Shown: piece after piece, positions 25,211-47,663 of the stretch
Numbering within the stretch: the first letter of the stretch is position 1
Layout of the letters: each line of letters starts with the position of its first letter
DNA from: Antedon mediterranea
Lineage: Eukaryota; Animalia; Echinodermata
Assembly: GCF_964355755.1 (NCBI RefSeq)
Contig: NC_092676.1
Location: 18,494,871 to 18,558,870 of the forward strand
Direction of reading: 5' to 3'
DNA length: 64,000 nucleotides
Made by a program: the position numbers and the translations under genes
Notes under the pieces: model-generated
The model's database searches: none
What the model saw: only the letters and a program-made list of their open reading frames with translations
Told to the model about the DNA's origin: nothing

Positions 25211-25347
25211 TAGTTAATTTCTCAACATGATTTGAAAATAGAAATATATATATATATATAAGATTTTAATTTTCACAATTTGCCCATTTACTAATGTGTA
25301 GGGTCATTCCACTGGGGTAATTCCATTAATACATCTTTGTGGTCTTA

Positions 25348-25495
25348 AGCTCTGTCTACACTACTAAACTAGTCTGACCTAAACAAATTATGATGCGCCC
25401 AAATATGGTAAAGTAGTAATATGACATTATCATGTCCTTATTATGGGCACTTCATATGTCACATACAGTTTGATACTGTAGTGTAGTCAGAGTTT
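25348..25495. mobile_element. MITE family A copy
   Basis: TTA|AGCTCTGTCTACACTACTAAACT...CCCAAATATGGTA...GTAGTGTAGTCAGAGTT. Confidence 0.65.
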
Positions 25496-25765
25496 AAGAC
25501 CCTCGCTAAAGAAAAGTTGTTAATTTTTCATTACATTCTTGATATTATCTGAATTTTAAACATAGTATCTTTATATGATCTAATTATTCTATTTAAATAA
25601 AACTTGAGAAGAAGAAATATATTCCATAGTGTCTTCCTGTATGGCGGCACGACAGTGTCAGTTAGAATTTCGATCATGAGACGAACTATCAACTTTTTAA
25701 CAGTATACATAATATATTTATTATCAGAGTGTATCAATTTTATATTTATTGCCATTGTGTGTCAT

Positions 25766-26135
25766 CAATTTTATCTATTTTAATGTTTTATATTATTACA
25801 GACAGTATAATTTTACGTATTTACTTTGTATATATTTCGTATACTTTAAACAAATTACGTGTACGTGAGTTACCATTCATTGTATGCACTCTGCCACGTA
25901 AATATTAGCCTACTTGCTTGAGGATGTTGGATCGTTGAAAAAATTGCATTCAATTTTATCTATTTTAATGTTTTTATATATTACGGTATTATCTTTTTTT
26001 ATTTTACGTATTTTCTTTACGTATTATTGATCTATCATATATTTTAAACAAATTACGTGTAGGTGAGTTGCCATTCATTCTATCCACGTAAATGTTACTT
26101 GCTTGAGGATGTTGGATCGTTGGAAAACTTGCAAT
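25766..26135. repeat. Two-copy ~185-bp tandem duplication
   Basis: CAATTTTATCTATTTTAATGTTTT...CTTGCTTGAGGATGTTGGATCGTTG occurs twice. Confidence 0.8.
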
Positions 26136-26959
26136 CCAAGATGTGAAAAATTAGGGTTTGCTAAAATTACTAGTACTTCAATACGTCTCGCATAGAATAT
26201 TTATGACATTTAAATTTATAAGAAATGTTTTAAAATAAAACAACTAACATTAGTTAGTATTTATTTGGTATTGCGTAAATTATTATTTTAGCATTAAAGC
26301 TTATCCAAGCAAATTGAGTATTATTTGATTTTGCGTAATATATTATTATTATTCAGTGGTTTGAATACAGTAATGTAGTTGTTTTAGTAGTAGGTTATCC
26401 TTGTGCTAGTGATTTGCATTTTCGTCGGCTTTTCAAGTCTTTTGCCCTAAGTACGGTAGTTTTTTTTTCTCTTTTGTGGCGTTAACCACTATTTATTCAT
26501 TTCATCTTCAACAGATTAATACAATTATTTCTAATAATAATAATAACTATTTCATTGTTATTCTCACTTTTGTTTTGTGGTTTATATTTTACATTATGTG
26601 ATTTAATCAATGTTACTGTTCTTAGAATCAGAACATTAATATTTCTTTTCTGTTATCCTCCTTTTTTCATAATTTTCTAATATTTTTTTTTGTTCTATAA
26701 TTCTCAACATCTCAAATTATAAACACCTAAGTACGGTAGTTTGGTCCTATCAGGGAAGTGTGAAATTACACTACACTTAATTTCACTCTTCCCTGGTGTT
26801 ATTAATCCAGAACTGATGTTTTTGCATTTGATCAAAATACGGCGAATCCAAATCTTTCGAAATTGTCTGTGTTCTCTGTTAATAATTTCGAATTTGTATT
26901 GACCTTAAATCGTGAAATTATTAAATATTATAGTGTTTAAAATCATTCTACAATAAGGA

Positions 26960-28263
26960 AAACCAATCTGAAACAAATGTTGAACCAAGTGCTATGCAGC
27001 AACGGGAGTTTATCCTGAAGAACTAAATGAGGGCATATTAGTACCCTTACAGAAGCCCGGGAAAAAGCGCGGACCAGTTATCCTGCTAAATATGAAAAAA
27101 AAAATTTAAAAATTATTGCAATCTGTATGATTGGAAGAATGAATGAAAAGATTAACCGATGTATACCCCCAACCCAATGTGCATATAGAAAAGGCCGCAG
27201 CACCACAGAACTGGTATTCAGTGTTAGGTTAGGCCCTACTAACAGAGCTGAGAAGGCGATAACTTCAGAAGACTATGAAACAATACTAATAGATATGAGC
27301 AAGGTTTTCCATTCGGTGAACAGGGGGAAACTATTAACAGATCTCAAGAAGGTCTTGAATGATGACGAACTACACATGGTCTCACTTATACTAAAAGACG
27401 TCAAACTGAGTGTACGATGTGGTAGTACAGTGGGCGAATCTTTTACAACCAACATCAATGATGAAACCAACAACTACCACAATCATCATTATTCATAATG
27501 GATCAACAATATGCAGACGACATCGGATGGGTGGCAAATTCAAAAAACGCAAGTCGAATAAGTTAAGAAGACCATGCATAAGAAACTAGAAAGCAGAAAC
27601 CTAATCATAAACAACACTAAAACAGAAAAATATATAATCAAACGAAAAGGAGATGAATCATGGAAAAAATGTAAATATCGCTAATTGACACAGATAACGA
27701 TATGAAACGCCGAAAACAACTCGCAATATCAGCCTTCAACAACTACAAAGAAATTCTAACAAGCAAAAACTTATCACTAGAAGTAAGAATGAGACTATTC
27801 AATGTATATGTCAGAAGCATATTTATGTACAACTCAGAATTATGGAAAATAACCAAAAAACAAGGGGACGAAATTGACTGTTTCCATAGGAAATTATTAA
27901 GAAAAATTATAAAAATTAAGTGGCCGGACACAATCAGAAATATAGAACTATATATGCAGAACGAAAGAACTAAAATGGTCAAACATAATAAGGAAAAGAA
28001 AATACAAATGGACCGGACATATGCTAAGGCTTCCGATGGACACTCCAGCCAAATTAGAGTTGACAGAATCCATTCGAAAAGTTAAAAGACCAGTTGGCAG
28101 ACCAAAAACTACCTGGATAGGAAACATAAATAAAGAACTCAAAAAAGCAAATACATCGATCGCAAAATTAATGACAGACCACCATCAGACCACCGAAAGA
28201 GAGTCATGGAAACGATTAGCGTACGCACCAAAGACGAATAGCGTAACGGATGGATGATGATGA
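26960..28263 (+). mobile_element. Degenerate 5'-truncated non-LTR retrotransposon (RTE-like reverse transcriptase)
   Basis: Frameshifted RT motifs ILVPLQKPGK, QCAYRKGRSTT, LIDMSKVFHSV, QQYADDIG, RLFNVYVRSIFMYNSELW and RPVGRPKTTW. (GAT)n 3' tail at 28250-28263. Confidence 0.85.
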
Positions 28264-28366
28264 AATTCACTTTATATTGCATATTACCTCCTTTTTTCAT
28301 TAATTTTATTGTATTTTTTAATACTACACTTACAAAACAAGTTTAAAAAGCAAAACAAAAGAATTT

Positions 28367-28680
28367 GAGTGAGTGAGTGAGTGGCCGATTGGTTAAGAGA
28401 GTGGAACCGTAATTACCTAGCCATAACATCGGCAGGGGTTCGAGGCTCACTCACTCCATGGTTCTGGTGGTAGAACGAGTCTTCTCCTCGGATAAGGACT
28501 ATAAACCGTAGGTCCAGTGTATACATCTAGCTCGTGTGCATTTTAAAGAACCTAGTACATCTTTCGAGACGAGTAGAGGTATTAGTACATCACAGCCACT
28601 GACCACCAACTGGGCCCTCTGGGAGACCAGTCATTGACTGAAGAGGTTACCCAGTATAAATATATATTTCAATCAATCAA
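28367..28680 (+). mobile_element. tRNA-head SINE with Nin/Deu-like central domain
   Basis: A box TGGCCGATTGG and B box GGTTCGAGGC. CGGATAAGGACTATAAACCGTAGGTCC...TTAAAGAACC...GAGTAGAGG resembles the Nin/Deu SINE core as I recall it. (TCAA)n tail. Confidence 0.7.
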
Positions 28681-29359
28681 GTTAACACAAAGACGATGAG
28701 CCTACTACATTGTTAGCCCTTTTGTTTTCCAAGCATCGTTATAACATACTGTATAATTTCCTTATAGTTATCATTAACATATATTTCGTTTTAAAATATT
28801 TTACACAGAAATAACAATTTTCATTTTTTGAGTTTTCCATTTGTTTTCATTGCAGAATTCATATTTTATAATTTATATATGTACAAGATAAAACAAATAA
28901 TCATATAATGAATTAATCACAAAATATCCGTTTTGATGTTGAATCACTTGAATGTTTTTGTAATTATAATAATTTTACCATTTTTAAGTTGTTTTCAAAT
29001 AAATTATGCAGGAGAATTATTCTGATCGAATGTATACCTCATGGTATTAAATACAGTACAGGTTTGGTATCAAAAGCTGCTGGCGTTTTAAGTATGTTTG
29101 TAGACTTAATATATCGAAATGTTTGGCACAGTTTGCCGTGGAAAAGTTAGACGGTCATCAGATGGAGAACCGTGAGTTGATCCACGGTGGTCTAACTCAC
29201 ACATTCCTGAAAAAAAAACCAACCTTCCTTTATCTGGAATCATTCCATTACACATACCATTTACTCAATTCATTAAATATATAGAATTATGAGTATATCA
29301 ATATCGTCACACTTACAAAAAGAAATCTTCATTTTCTTCAATGTTGCATGCCTATTGGT

Positions 29360-29725
29360 ATCATCATCTTTTAAAACACTAATCTCGTTAGGCATTGCGC
29401 GTCTCACTTGTGTATCAGTATGTTTTTGAGCAAGCATGTGTATAGGTCCGCATGTGAAAAGTTCTGTTTCCTTTTTTATGTTTGCCATCCATGTTGTTTT
29501 TGGTCTTCCTTTTGGTCTTTCTCTGAGCCTCTCAGAGTGCGATCGATCTTAGCTGGTGTGTTTTCATTTAAACGGAGCAGGTGTCCGCCTTCTTTTCTTA
29601 CTCCACTCAATTTCTCCTGTTCTTTTGTACAAATCTTAATTTTTTTTTCTTTCTCCGGCCACCTTATACATATTATTCTCCTTAGACATCGATTTCGCTC
29701 TTTAGTGATACTGCCATTGTCCACA
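29360..29725 (-). mobile_element. RTE-like LINE 3' fragment upstream of ACTL6
   Basis: RCLRRIICIRWP, GHLLRLNENTPAK and GRPKTTW-like motifs, related to the 27-28 kb element. Short (GAT)n tail. Confidence 0.65.
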
Positions 29726-29934
29726 ATTATTATTATTGGTATAGTATTATGCTTATTTGCTCTCCTACCATTGTTTTTGCCCTTTTGGCGTTCCTAATTC
29801 ACCACAGAATGCATTCTCGGCGTTCCATACCGATAAGCGTGTGTATGGCCTTTGTTGTTGTTTTGTGTAAAATTCGACAACATTCTTCTGCTATTATTCT
29901 TCTATAGATAATTAACCTCATATTGTAAATCAAC

Positions 29935-38767
<8,833 letters not shown>

Positions 38768-40458
38768 GGGGAAAAATAGAAAGGTTCCAAAAACAAAACA
38801 CCTTATTTATAATGTTATTTCTATCTATACCCAATGACTAAATGAATATCAACATTTGTCAGTAGGTTAGAAAACATTGGAAATGATATGAATGATATTT
38901 TTGTGAGACTTCCAAACGATAGTATACTATAATATACTTTTGTAATATACTAATATTAAATGGGTACAACATACACCCATAAAATAATCTTTCAACCCCA
39001 TGGGTTCCTTTAAGTTAAAAATGTTTTCCAACTTTAAAATACATTGTGAAAAAATGAACATGTGGCCCAGCTGAAAGGAGTTCTTGTAAAGGTAGTGTTC
39101 GCTGTAATCGTTACTGTAATTGTAAATTTGTATTTTTTTATGAAACGTAATCAATTTCTTATACCTAATTATTTTGAATTAAATGTAGTTGTTAATTGTG
39201 GTTATGGTGCCTCCCAAACGATTTCACACTCCTTGGTTCAAATCATTTTACTGTCAAACAACTCCAATCTTCAGAGGTCTTCCCAAAACCTTTGTTTATG
39301 TAGTGTTAATGTAAACAATTAGAAATGTTTAGTCTTTAGTAATCAACTATGTGTCACATAATCTATGTGATTGTAAATGACATTTAATAATAAAAACAAT
39401 ATTATTATCCTGTAGTGTTTTTTATATCTGATAACCAGTCTGTTAGTACCAATTTGTATTCCTGTGCATACAAGGTGGAATAGGCAGTTGAAATGATACT
39501 GTTTATACATTGAACCAAGTCTGTATTTTTATGTTGGTCCACTACGATTACATTTTTGTCTGGAAATGTGATCAATTATTATATGTATGAAACGCCATAT
39601 GAATCAAATTGTTTATCTTTTTACTAATATTTATTCAAAAAACAATCTAGAACCTATGCAAATTAGTTGGTGCTATCATACCACCGCGAAGTAAGTGCTT
39701 TCCCAAATGATAGGCTACCATTGTGATACGTTTTATTTTAATTCATTAAGCAACTAGTTACGGTATGTGAAACAACAGTACATATATTGATACAATCAGG
39801 TGCTGTAATGTAACTCAGAAATACAAATACAAATACTGTAGTGTAGATCCATAACAATAATCAATAAATTGTATGCTCGCGCGTACATCTATTTGGGTCA
39901 CAAGAATAATCAGATGCACTTCGTGTATGCCAACTAAGTTGACACCCTTTTCTAATATTCTCGATTCGCCCACAATATTCTCGATTCACCCTAATGGTTC
40001 TGAATTCTGGTATTATCTAGCTATAGGTCTATTAGATCTCTACAGGGCCTGCATGATTTGCGTTGAAAACGGTATTGCCATTTATGGTGCGTGACTATGC
40101 ATTTACATGTCTCAATTAAATTGCTTTCACTTGATATTCGTTTCGTAGTATAATTTAAATTCATTACTATGCAGGCTAGCTTGTTTGTTTAATGCTTGCT
40201 TAATTTAATCTATGTTTAATGTCGATTATATTATAAACATTCGATCGATATTGTCTCGGCGAAATCAATTAGTGAAGAAGAGGAGGCCTACTATGATTCT
40301 ACTGTACTAATTATGTGGACTAATAATTTAAAAAGCTGAGCTTTAGAAAGCTCGTGTCTTTGGCTTCGATTCTGTTTTTAAAAAGATATCCGAATTCCAT
40401 TCCTATATTCATAACTTTAATCTGAGCTACGGTACCTTTCGCCGCCGCTATATTCTTA

Positions 40459-40721
40459 AGCGTGGTTCCCACTAGCGACGCAACGCAAGGACGTAACGCA
40501 ACGCAAGTGAATTGACCAATCACAAGCGATGGCTTATTCGCTTTTGATTGCTAACTGTCTATAACTTCGCTTGTCATTGGTTAAAACGCTTGCGATGCGT
40601 TTACGTCCTTGCGTTACGTTCTAGTGGGAACCAAGCTTCTGTCTATAACTTCGCTTGTCATTGGTTAAAACGCTTGCGTTGCGTTTACGTCCTTGCGTTA
40701 CGTTCTAGTGGGAACCAAGCT
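40459..40721. mobile_element. Harbinger-like MITE with duplicated right end
   Basis: TTA|AGCGTGGTTCCCACTAG ... CTAGTGGGAACCAAGCT. The last ~84 bp occur twice (about 40555-40638 and 40639-40721), ending |TTA. Confidence 0.7.
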
Positions 40722-41128
40722 TTACAACCTAATACTTACAGGTACTTACAATTATTTTATGTGTACTAATTCCTTCATGGTCTTCCTCATGAAGCAAAGG
40801 GAATTTCCCGTTATCCTTATTACGTCACCATGTGGGTTGACATAATGGGATCAGGCTATAAAAATACTTTATACTAACACAATTAAATTTTAGTATTAAA
40901 AAGAAGATAGAGAAAAGACTAACTACAGACCTAGGCACAATATTCTACAAACCATTTATATTTACAATTTTATATTATTACTGAACACAAAATATGGCAT
41001 AAAACAAACCTTTTAAATATGTCAATATTATCTTTTGGTAAAGATCATAAAAAATATATTTATAAATAAAAGGGCGGTAAAGGACTTTATCTCGAAAGAA
41101 AGTCGAGAAAAAGCTAAGAAAAGGGAGG

Positions 41129-41184
41129 GAGAGCGGACATGCGCAGTATACGTAAGTACGCATCATCGCGTTGCCATGCCAATT
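41129..41184 (+). promoter_or_regulatory. Putative proximal promoter motifs of the orphan gene (NRF1-like and RFX X-box-like); also in copies 2 and 3
   Basis: ACATGCGCAGT (copy 2 has ACTGCGCAGT) and GTTGCCATGCCAAT (X-box consensus GTTGCCATGGCAAC), about 120-170 bp upstream of the ATG. Confidence 0.45.
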
Positions 41185-41306
41185 ATTGTGCGCATCAACA
41201 TTCCTACGATACAACTTGCTTCTAATTCAGAAACTTATCGGAAATCTTTTACTTAGTTATTTTTATAAATATATCTATCTATTGTATTAATTCGTTTACT
41301 ATTATA

Positions 41307-43111
41307 ATGGGTAATAATTGCAGCGTACTTTGTGGAAATGATACTGTTGAATCCACCGTGGTGGACAATCGCGAGAAATTAGAGGAAGAGGAAGGAACTG
41401 ATGTTGATAATCCTATGCAATCGGTGCCAACCGAAATCGCTGAAGCTGAAGACGACACCAACAATGCCAATGGTTCCTCGGCAACTGCGTTGACAGACGT
41501 CCCACCAGTAGCTGATCTGTCAGATAGCCACGATACGGATAGCAAAGAAAAGAAAAAGAAGACTTCAATCTTCACAAGAGTCCGTCGGTCAATCAAGTCA
41601 AAGAGAAGAACCATGGCTGATGTTAGAGATGTATATAGAGTGAAAGACTGCAATGATAGTGTAGAGACACCTGCCGTTAAACAAGACGTGGACATACCAC
41701 TACCTGTTGAAACCAAAGAAGATTCAAATGAAAGGTTATTATTATATAGTTTAGTGTATAGATGGCTGGCATTACAACAAGTTTTAGTTTTATTTATTAA
41801 TAATCTGTGGAGACTGACGATACCATTACATACAGGGCCGGGAAGGGCGAACAAAATGTATGGTACCACGGATAACACTCTTAAATCTCCGAGAAGAAGA
41901 ATTATAACCTATTTTATATTAATCACGATATTTACGCTCTAAGTACTATCATTAACTGGTTGAGACTTCGGCTTCAACTGATTGATTTCATTTGTCGCTA
42001 AATATTATTATTGGTACTAAATTATTCTTTATCTCTTAATTATTCTCTAAATTTAGTGTAAAAGAGGATAAATCAGAATTGGTTAAAGAAGAGGACATGA
42101 AATACGAGGATCTGGAAGAGCAAAATGTTCTGTAAGGATAACTATAATTTTCAATTTTTAAAAACAAATTTTATTTGAACCTATAAATTACAGTATGTCT
42201 AATTTTTTTAGATGAAAAGACGTGTAGAAATTACAATCATCCGCGAAGAAAATTATTATTATATGAATGGTTTTGTGTTTTTTTATTTAGTAAGCAGCTT
42301 ATGCCTGAAGCCCTAGATGATGCACTGAATATGGTAGAAGACTCATTGTCGGTGGAGGAGGAAGAAAAACATAGTTTGTGTTCGGATGCAGACGTTGAAC
42401 AATACAAATATTTGGTTCAAGAAGACAATAGAAAATTGGGTACAGTTTATAGACAACATTTCCTTGTATTTAAACTGTTTGTGTTTATTAAATGCATTGA
42501 TTATAAAATATTGTTTTTCTCGTTTACAGATGAACTTTCTGACCGTTATATTTTACCGAGTGACGTTCCTACTCGTGTGATCAGAAGGTATTGTATAATC
42601 AATGTCTTTAATAAATCATCATTTATTATCAACTATCATCATTGATAATAATTATATTGTTTATAATTTTATTCAGCAATGTCCAAGATTTGACTGTGGA
42701 CAGCAAACTTACACGTCGTCCCCGACCGCCATCGCGGTGCGGTATCAAAGCTGAGCTGATTTTATCCTACCGAGACGTGAACAGGGAGATACCATCTGCG
42801 TTTTCTACAATGGCACAGGCAGATAATGACAGTGAACTGATGGAAGACATTGGAATGCTCAATCGGTACCGCCAAGTAAGTAACTAACAAAAAATAAAGT
42901 AAAACAGACAAATACCTCATTTTCATAAATTTATTAAATGTATAATGTTTCTTTATAGCTAAAGCAGAAGCACAATTTGAACGAGATGGCAAAAAGACGA
43001 GAACGTAACAGAAGATTAAAAATAACAATGAAGCAACAACACAACCAAACATTAATGGAACCACAGGGTGTGTTGGAAGATGTCTTAGAGGCGGTGGACG
43101 AGGAGGAGTAG
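41307..43111 (+). CDS. Unrecognised 353-aa protein, copy 1 (predicted N-myristoylated/palmitoylated, acidic-disordered with polybasic patch)
   Basis: Exons 41307-41734, 42057-42131, 42291-42439, 42530-42587, 42677-42875, 42959-43111 (1062 nt). All introns GT-AG, phases compatible, open to TAG. MGNNCSVLCG...VLEDVLEAVDEEE*. Confidence 0.82.
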
Positions 43112-44308
43112 TGGGAGGTGGTCCGGTAGAGGAGGGGTGGAGGCGGAGTTTTGACAGAGACAGACCAGATGGAACTAACAGCAAGGATAGGCGACCAGGA
43201 CGCTGAGCATAGATTGGGATACTGGGACAGTCACATAAACCAGTGAAGAAAGTCTAATAGACGACACGAGTATTATTCGCCAGATTTTAGTTAGCGGCTT
43301 CTACTTTAGGTAAATGCTCACGTTAGTCAGGCCAGTGTAGCCGACCTATAGTTATACCATATATAATTATATATATATGTCTATATATAGGCATATCGTT
43401 CTGAATACTAAACGGATTGCTTTTTTTTTTACATTTTTAGGTTTTTGTTTGTTGTGATGAATAATGAATGGAGGATATAAAATTGATGATTATAATACCG
43501 CATAGTCCATGTCGATACATAACAAACCTAACTTCTACAATATTAGACTGCACGATACGAAACAGAAGTATGACACATTGTCTATTGGTCTTTGTATTCA
43601 TGAGATGATTATCAGATACGGATTTCATTGAGAAGACTGAGAATATACAAATAATATATAAATATGATGAAAATAAAATGAGCAGTTTAAAAAAAATGGT
43701 GTAGTCTGTCGCGCATTTCAAATGTCTCTGGTTGTTAATTATGCCATAGGCCTACTTTCTCAATACCAACTTCAATCTAAAAGACAAAATCGAAATCCGT
43801 TTTCTATAAAGGGAAACACTACTTCTATAAAATTAAAAAGTATCCTAATAAACTTAAGGGAAATTCTTAAAGATTTATTGTAGTGAAATACCTACTTTTT
43901 TAGGGGAATTAATAAGATTGATTAAATTCACCATGTGGGTTGATATAAAGAGGTTAGGCTATAAATACCCTCGAACACAAGACAACAAATGATGAAAAGT
44001 AAACCCCAGTCTTACTAAAAAAAAGAATATAATTATATAATTGTTTTCAATTTTGTAGAACACCGTAATAATATCCAAATTTCAGCATCATAAATTCAAT
44101 ATCTTATCTTATCCTATATATTTTAAAAGACCTTAAGAGACCTAGGCATAATATTCTACAAACTATTTTTACTCCAATATAATAATAGATACAAGTGATG
44201 GATTATGAAGTCAACACAGTGTATTTACAATGTTATCCTTTATTACTAAACACAAAATATGGAAAAAACTAAAACTATTAAATATATTATCGTTTGGCAA
44301 AGATCATA

Positions 44309-44398
44309 AACAAGGCCATATACATGGCTGCAATCGCGTGAGCAAATTTCAGTTAGTGTTTACCGACCGACCAACCAACCGACCGACATAGTGAGGTT
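44309..44398. mobile_element. Truncated HINE/DINE-like element upstream of orphan copy 2
   Basis: AACAAGGCCATATACATGGCTGCAATCGCGTG...(CCGA/CCAA)n CATAGTGAG. A fuller copy is at 63443-63549; absent from copy 1. Confidence 0.6.
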
Positions 44399-44640
44399 AG
44401 AGAAAAATGATATATTTATAGAGGGCAATAAAGCATTTTATCTCAAGAAGGAAGGAAGTTTAGAGAAAGAAAAAGAGGAAGGAGAGTGGTACTGCGCAGT
44501 ATACATAAGTACGCATAATCGCGTTGCCATGCCAATTACTGTGCGCGCATCAACATTCCTACGATACAACTTGCTTATCTAATTCAGAAACTTATCGGAA
44601 ATATTTTAGGCTATATTGTATTAATTCGTTTACTATTATA

Positions 44641-46414
44641 ATGGGTAATAATTGCAGCGTACTTTGTGGAAGTGATACTGTTGAATCCACCGTGGTGGAC
44701 AATCGAGAGAAATTAGAAGAAGATGAAGGAACTGATGTTGATAATCCTATGCAATCGGTGCCAACCGAAAGCCCTGAAGCTGAAGACGACACCAACAATG
44801 CCAATGGTTCCTCAGCAACTGCGTTGACAAACGTCCCACCAGTAGCTGATCTGTCAGATAGCCACGATACGGATAGCAAAGAAAAGAGAAAGAAGACTTC
44901 AATTTTCACAAGAGTTCGTCGGTCAATCAGGTCACGGAGAAGAACCGTGGCTGATGTTAGAGATGTATATAAAGTGAAAGACTGCAATGATAGTGTAGAG
45001 ACACCTGCTGTCAAACAAGACGTGGACATACCACTACCAGTTGAAACCAAAGAAGATTCGAATGAAAGGTGATTATATTGTTTAATGTATATATGGCTGT
45101 GATTAAATAGCGTGATTACAAAATTTATTTATTAACAATCTGTGAAGACTGACGATACCATTACATACATGAAGGGCAAACAAAATGTATGGTACCACGG
45201 ATAACACTCTAATAATCTCCGAAAAGAAAAATTATAACATATTTTTTATTAATCACGATATTTACGCTCTACTATCGGCTTCAACTGATTGATTTCATTT
45301 GTCGCTAAATATTATTATTGGTACTAAATTATTCTTTATTTCTTAATTATTCTCTAAATTTAGTGTAAAAGAGGATAAATCAGAATTGGTTAAGGAAGAG
45401 GACATGAAATGCGAGGATCTGGAAGAGCAAAATGTTCTGTAAGGATAACTATAATTTTCAATTTTTAAAAACAAATTTTATTTGAACCTATATAAATTAC
45501 AGTATGTCTAATTTTTTTAGATGAAAAGACGTGTAGAAATTACAATCATCCGCGAGGAAAATTATATGAATGGATTTTGTGTTTTTTTATTTAGTGAGCA
45601 GCTTATGCCTGAAGCCATAGATGATGCACTGAATATGGTAGAAGACTCATTGTCGGTGGAGGAGGAAAAACATAGTTTGTGTTCGGATGCAGACGTTGAA
45701 CAATACAAATATTTGGTTCAAGAAGACGATAGGAAATTGGGTACAGTTTATAGAGAACATTTCCTTGTATTTAAACTGTTTGTGTTTATGAAATGCAATG
45801 ATTATAAAATATTGTTTTTCTCGTTTACAGATGAGCTTTCTGACCGTTATATTCTACCAAGCGATGTTCCTACTCGTGTGATCAGAAGGTATTGTATAAT
45901 CAACGTCTTTATTAAATCATCATTTGTTATCAACCATAATCATTGATAATAATTATATTGTTTATGATTTTATTCAGCAATGTCCAAGATTTGTCTGTGG
46001 ACAGCAGACTTACTACACGTCGTCGCCGACCGACATCGCGGTGTGGTATCAAGGCTGAGCTTATTTTATCCTACAGAGACGTGAACAGGGAGATGCCATC
46101 TGCGTTTTCTACAATGGCACAGGCAGATAATGACAGTGAACTGATGGAAGACATTGGAATGCTCAATAGGTACCGCCAAGTAAGTAACTAAATAAAAATA
46201 AAGTAAAACACAGACAAATACTTCATTTTCATAAATTTAAATGTATAATGTTTCTTTATAGCTAAAGCAGAAGCACAATTTGAACGAGATGGCAAAAAGA
46301 CGAGAACGTAACAGAAGATTAAAAATAACAATGAAGCAACAACACAACCAAACATTAATGGAACCACAGGGTGTGTTGGAAGATGTCTTAGAGGCGGTGG
46401 ACGAGGAGGAGTAG
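44641..46414 (+). CDS. Unrecognised 353-aa protein, copy 2
   Basis: Exons 44641-45068, 45364-45438, 45595-45740, 45831-45888, 45978-46179, 46262-46414. Indels of -3 and +3 nt versus copy 1 keep the frame. Confidence 0.82.
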
Positions 46415-47577
46415 TGGGAGGTGGTCCAGTAGAGGAGGGATGGAGGCGGAGTTTTGACAGAGACAGACCAGATAGAACTAACAGCAGGGATAGGTGACCA
46501 GGACGCTGAGCATAGATTGGGATACTGGGACAGTCACATAAACCAGTGAAGAAAGTCTAACAGACGACGATTATTATTCGCCAGATTTTAGTTAGCGTCT
46601 TCTACTTTAGGTAAATACTCACGTTAGTCAGGCCAGTGTAGCCGACCTATAGTTATACCATATATAATTATATATATGCCTATATGGGCATATCGTTCTG
46701 AATACTAAACGGATTGCTTTTTTTTTTACATTTTTAGGTTTGTGTTTGTTGTGATGAATAATGAATGGAGGATATAAAATTGATGACTATAATACCGCAT
46801 ATTCCATGTCGATACATAACGAACCTAACTTCTACAATATTAGACTGCACGATACAAAACAGAAGTATGACACATTGTCTATTGGTCTTTGTATTCATGA
46901 GATGATTATCAGATACGGATTTCATTTGGAAGACTGAGAATATACAAATAATATATATAAATATGATGAAAATAAAATGAGCAGTTTCAACAAAATGGTG
47001 TAGTCTGTCCCGCATTTCAAATTTTTCTGGTTGTTAATTATGCCATAGGTTTACTTTCTCAATACCAACTTCAATCTAAAAGACAAAATCGAAATCCGTT
47101 TTCTATAAAGAGAAACACTTCTATAAAGTTAAAAAGTATCCTAATAAACTTAAGGGAAATTCTTAAAGATTTATTGTTTAGTGAAATACCTACTTTTTTA
47201 GGGGAAATAATAAGATTGATTAAATTCACCATGTTGATATAAAGGGATTAGACTATAAATACCCTCGAACACAAGACAACAAATGATGGAAAGTAAAACC
47301 CAGTCTTACTAAAAAAAAAGAATATAATTATATAATTGTTTTCAAATTTGTAGAACACCGTAATAACATACACATTTCAGCATCATAAATTTTAAAAGAC
47401 CTTAAGAGACCTAGGCATAATATTCTACAAACCATTTTTACTCCAATATAATAATAGATACATGTGATGGATTAGGAAGGCAACACAATGTATTTACAAT
47501 GTTATCCTTTATTACTAAACACAAAATATGGAAAAAACTAAAACTATTAAATATATTATCGTTTGGCAAAGATCATA

Positions 47578-47663
47578 AACAAGGCCATATACATGGCTGC
47601 AATCGCGTGAGCAAATTTCAGTTAGTGTTTACCGACCGACCAACCGACCGACATAGTGAGCTT
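47578..47663. mobile_element. Truncated HINE/DINE-like element upstream of orphan copy 3
   Basis: Same insertion at the same site as in copy 2. Confidence 0.6.

Noticed and set aside
28630-28660. Second hammerhead (CTGAAGAG) in the SINE tail
   Set aside because: No stem II closed by GAAA follows.
42212-42290. Extra exon MKRRVEITIIREENY in the orphan gene (ORF starts at 45521 and 48803)
   Set aside because: Preceded by a TTTTTTTAG, but the frame into exon 3 is broken in copy 1 and it is out of phase with exon 2. Treated as intron.
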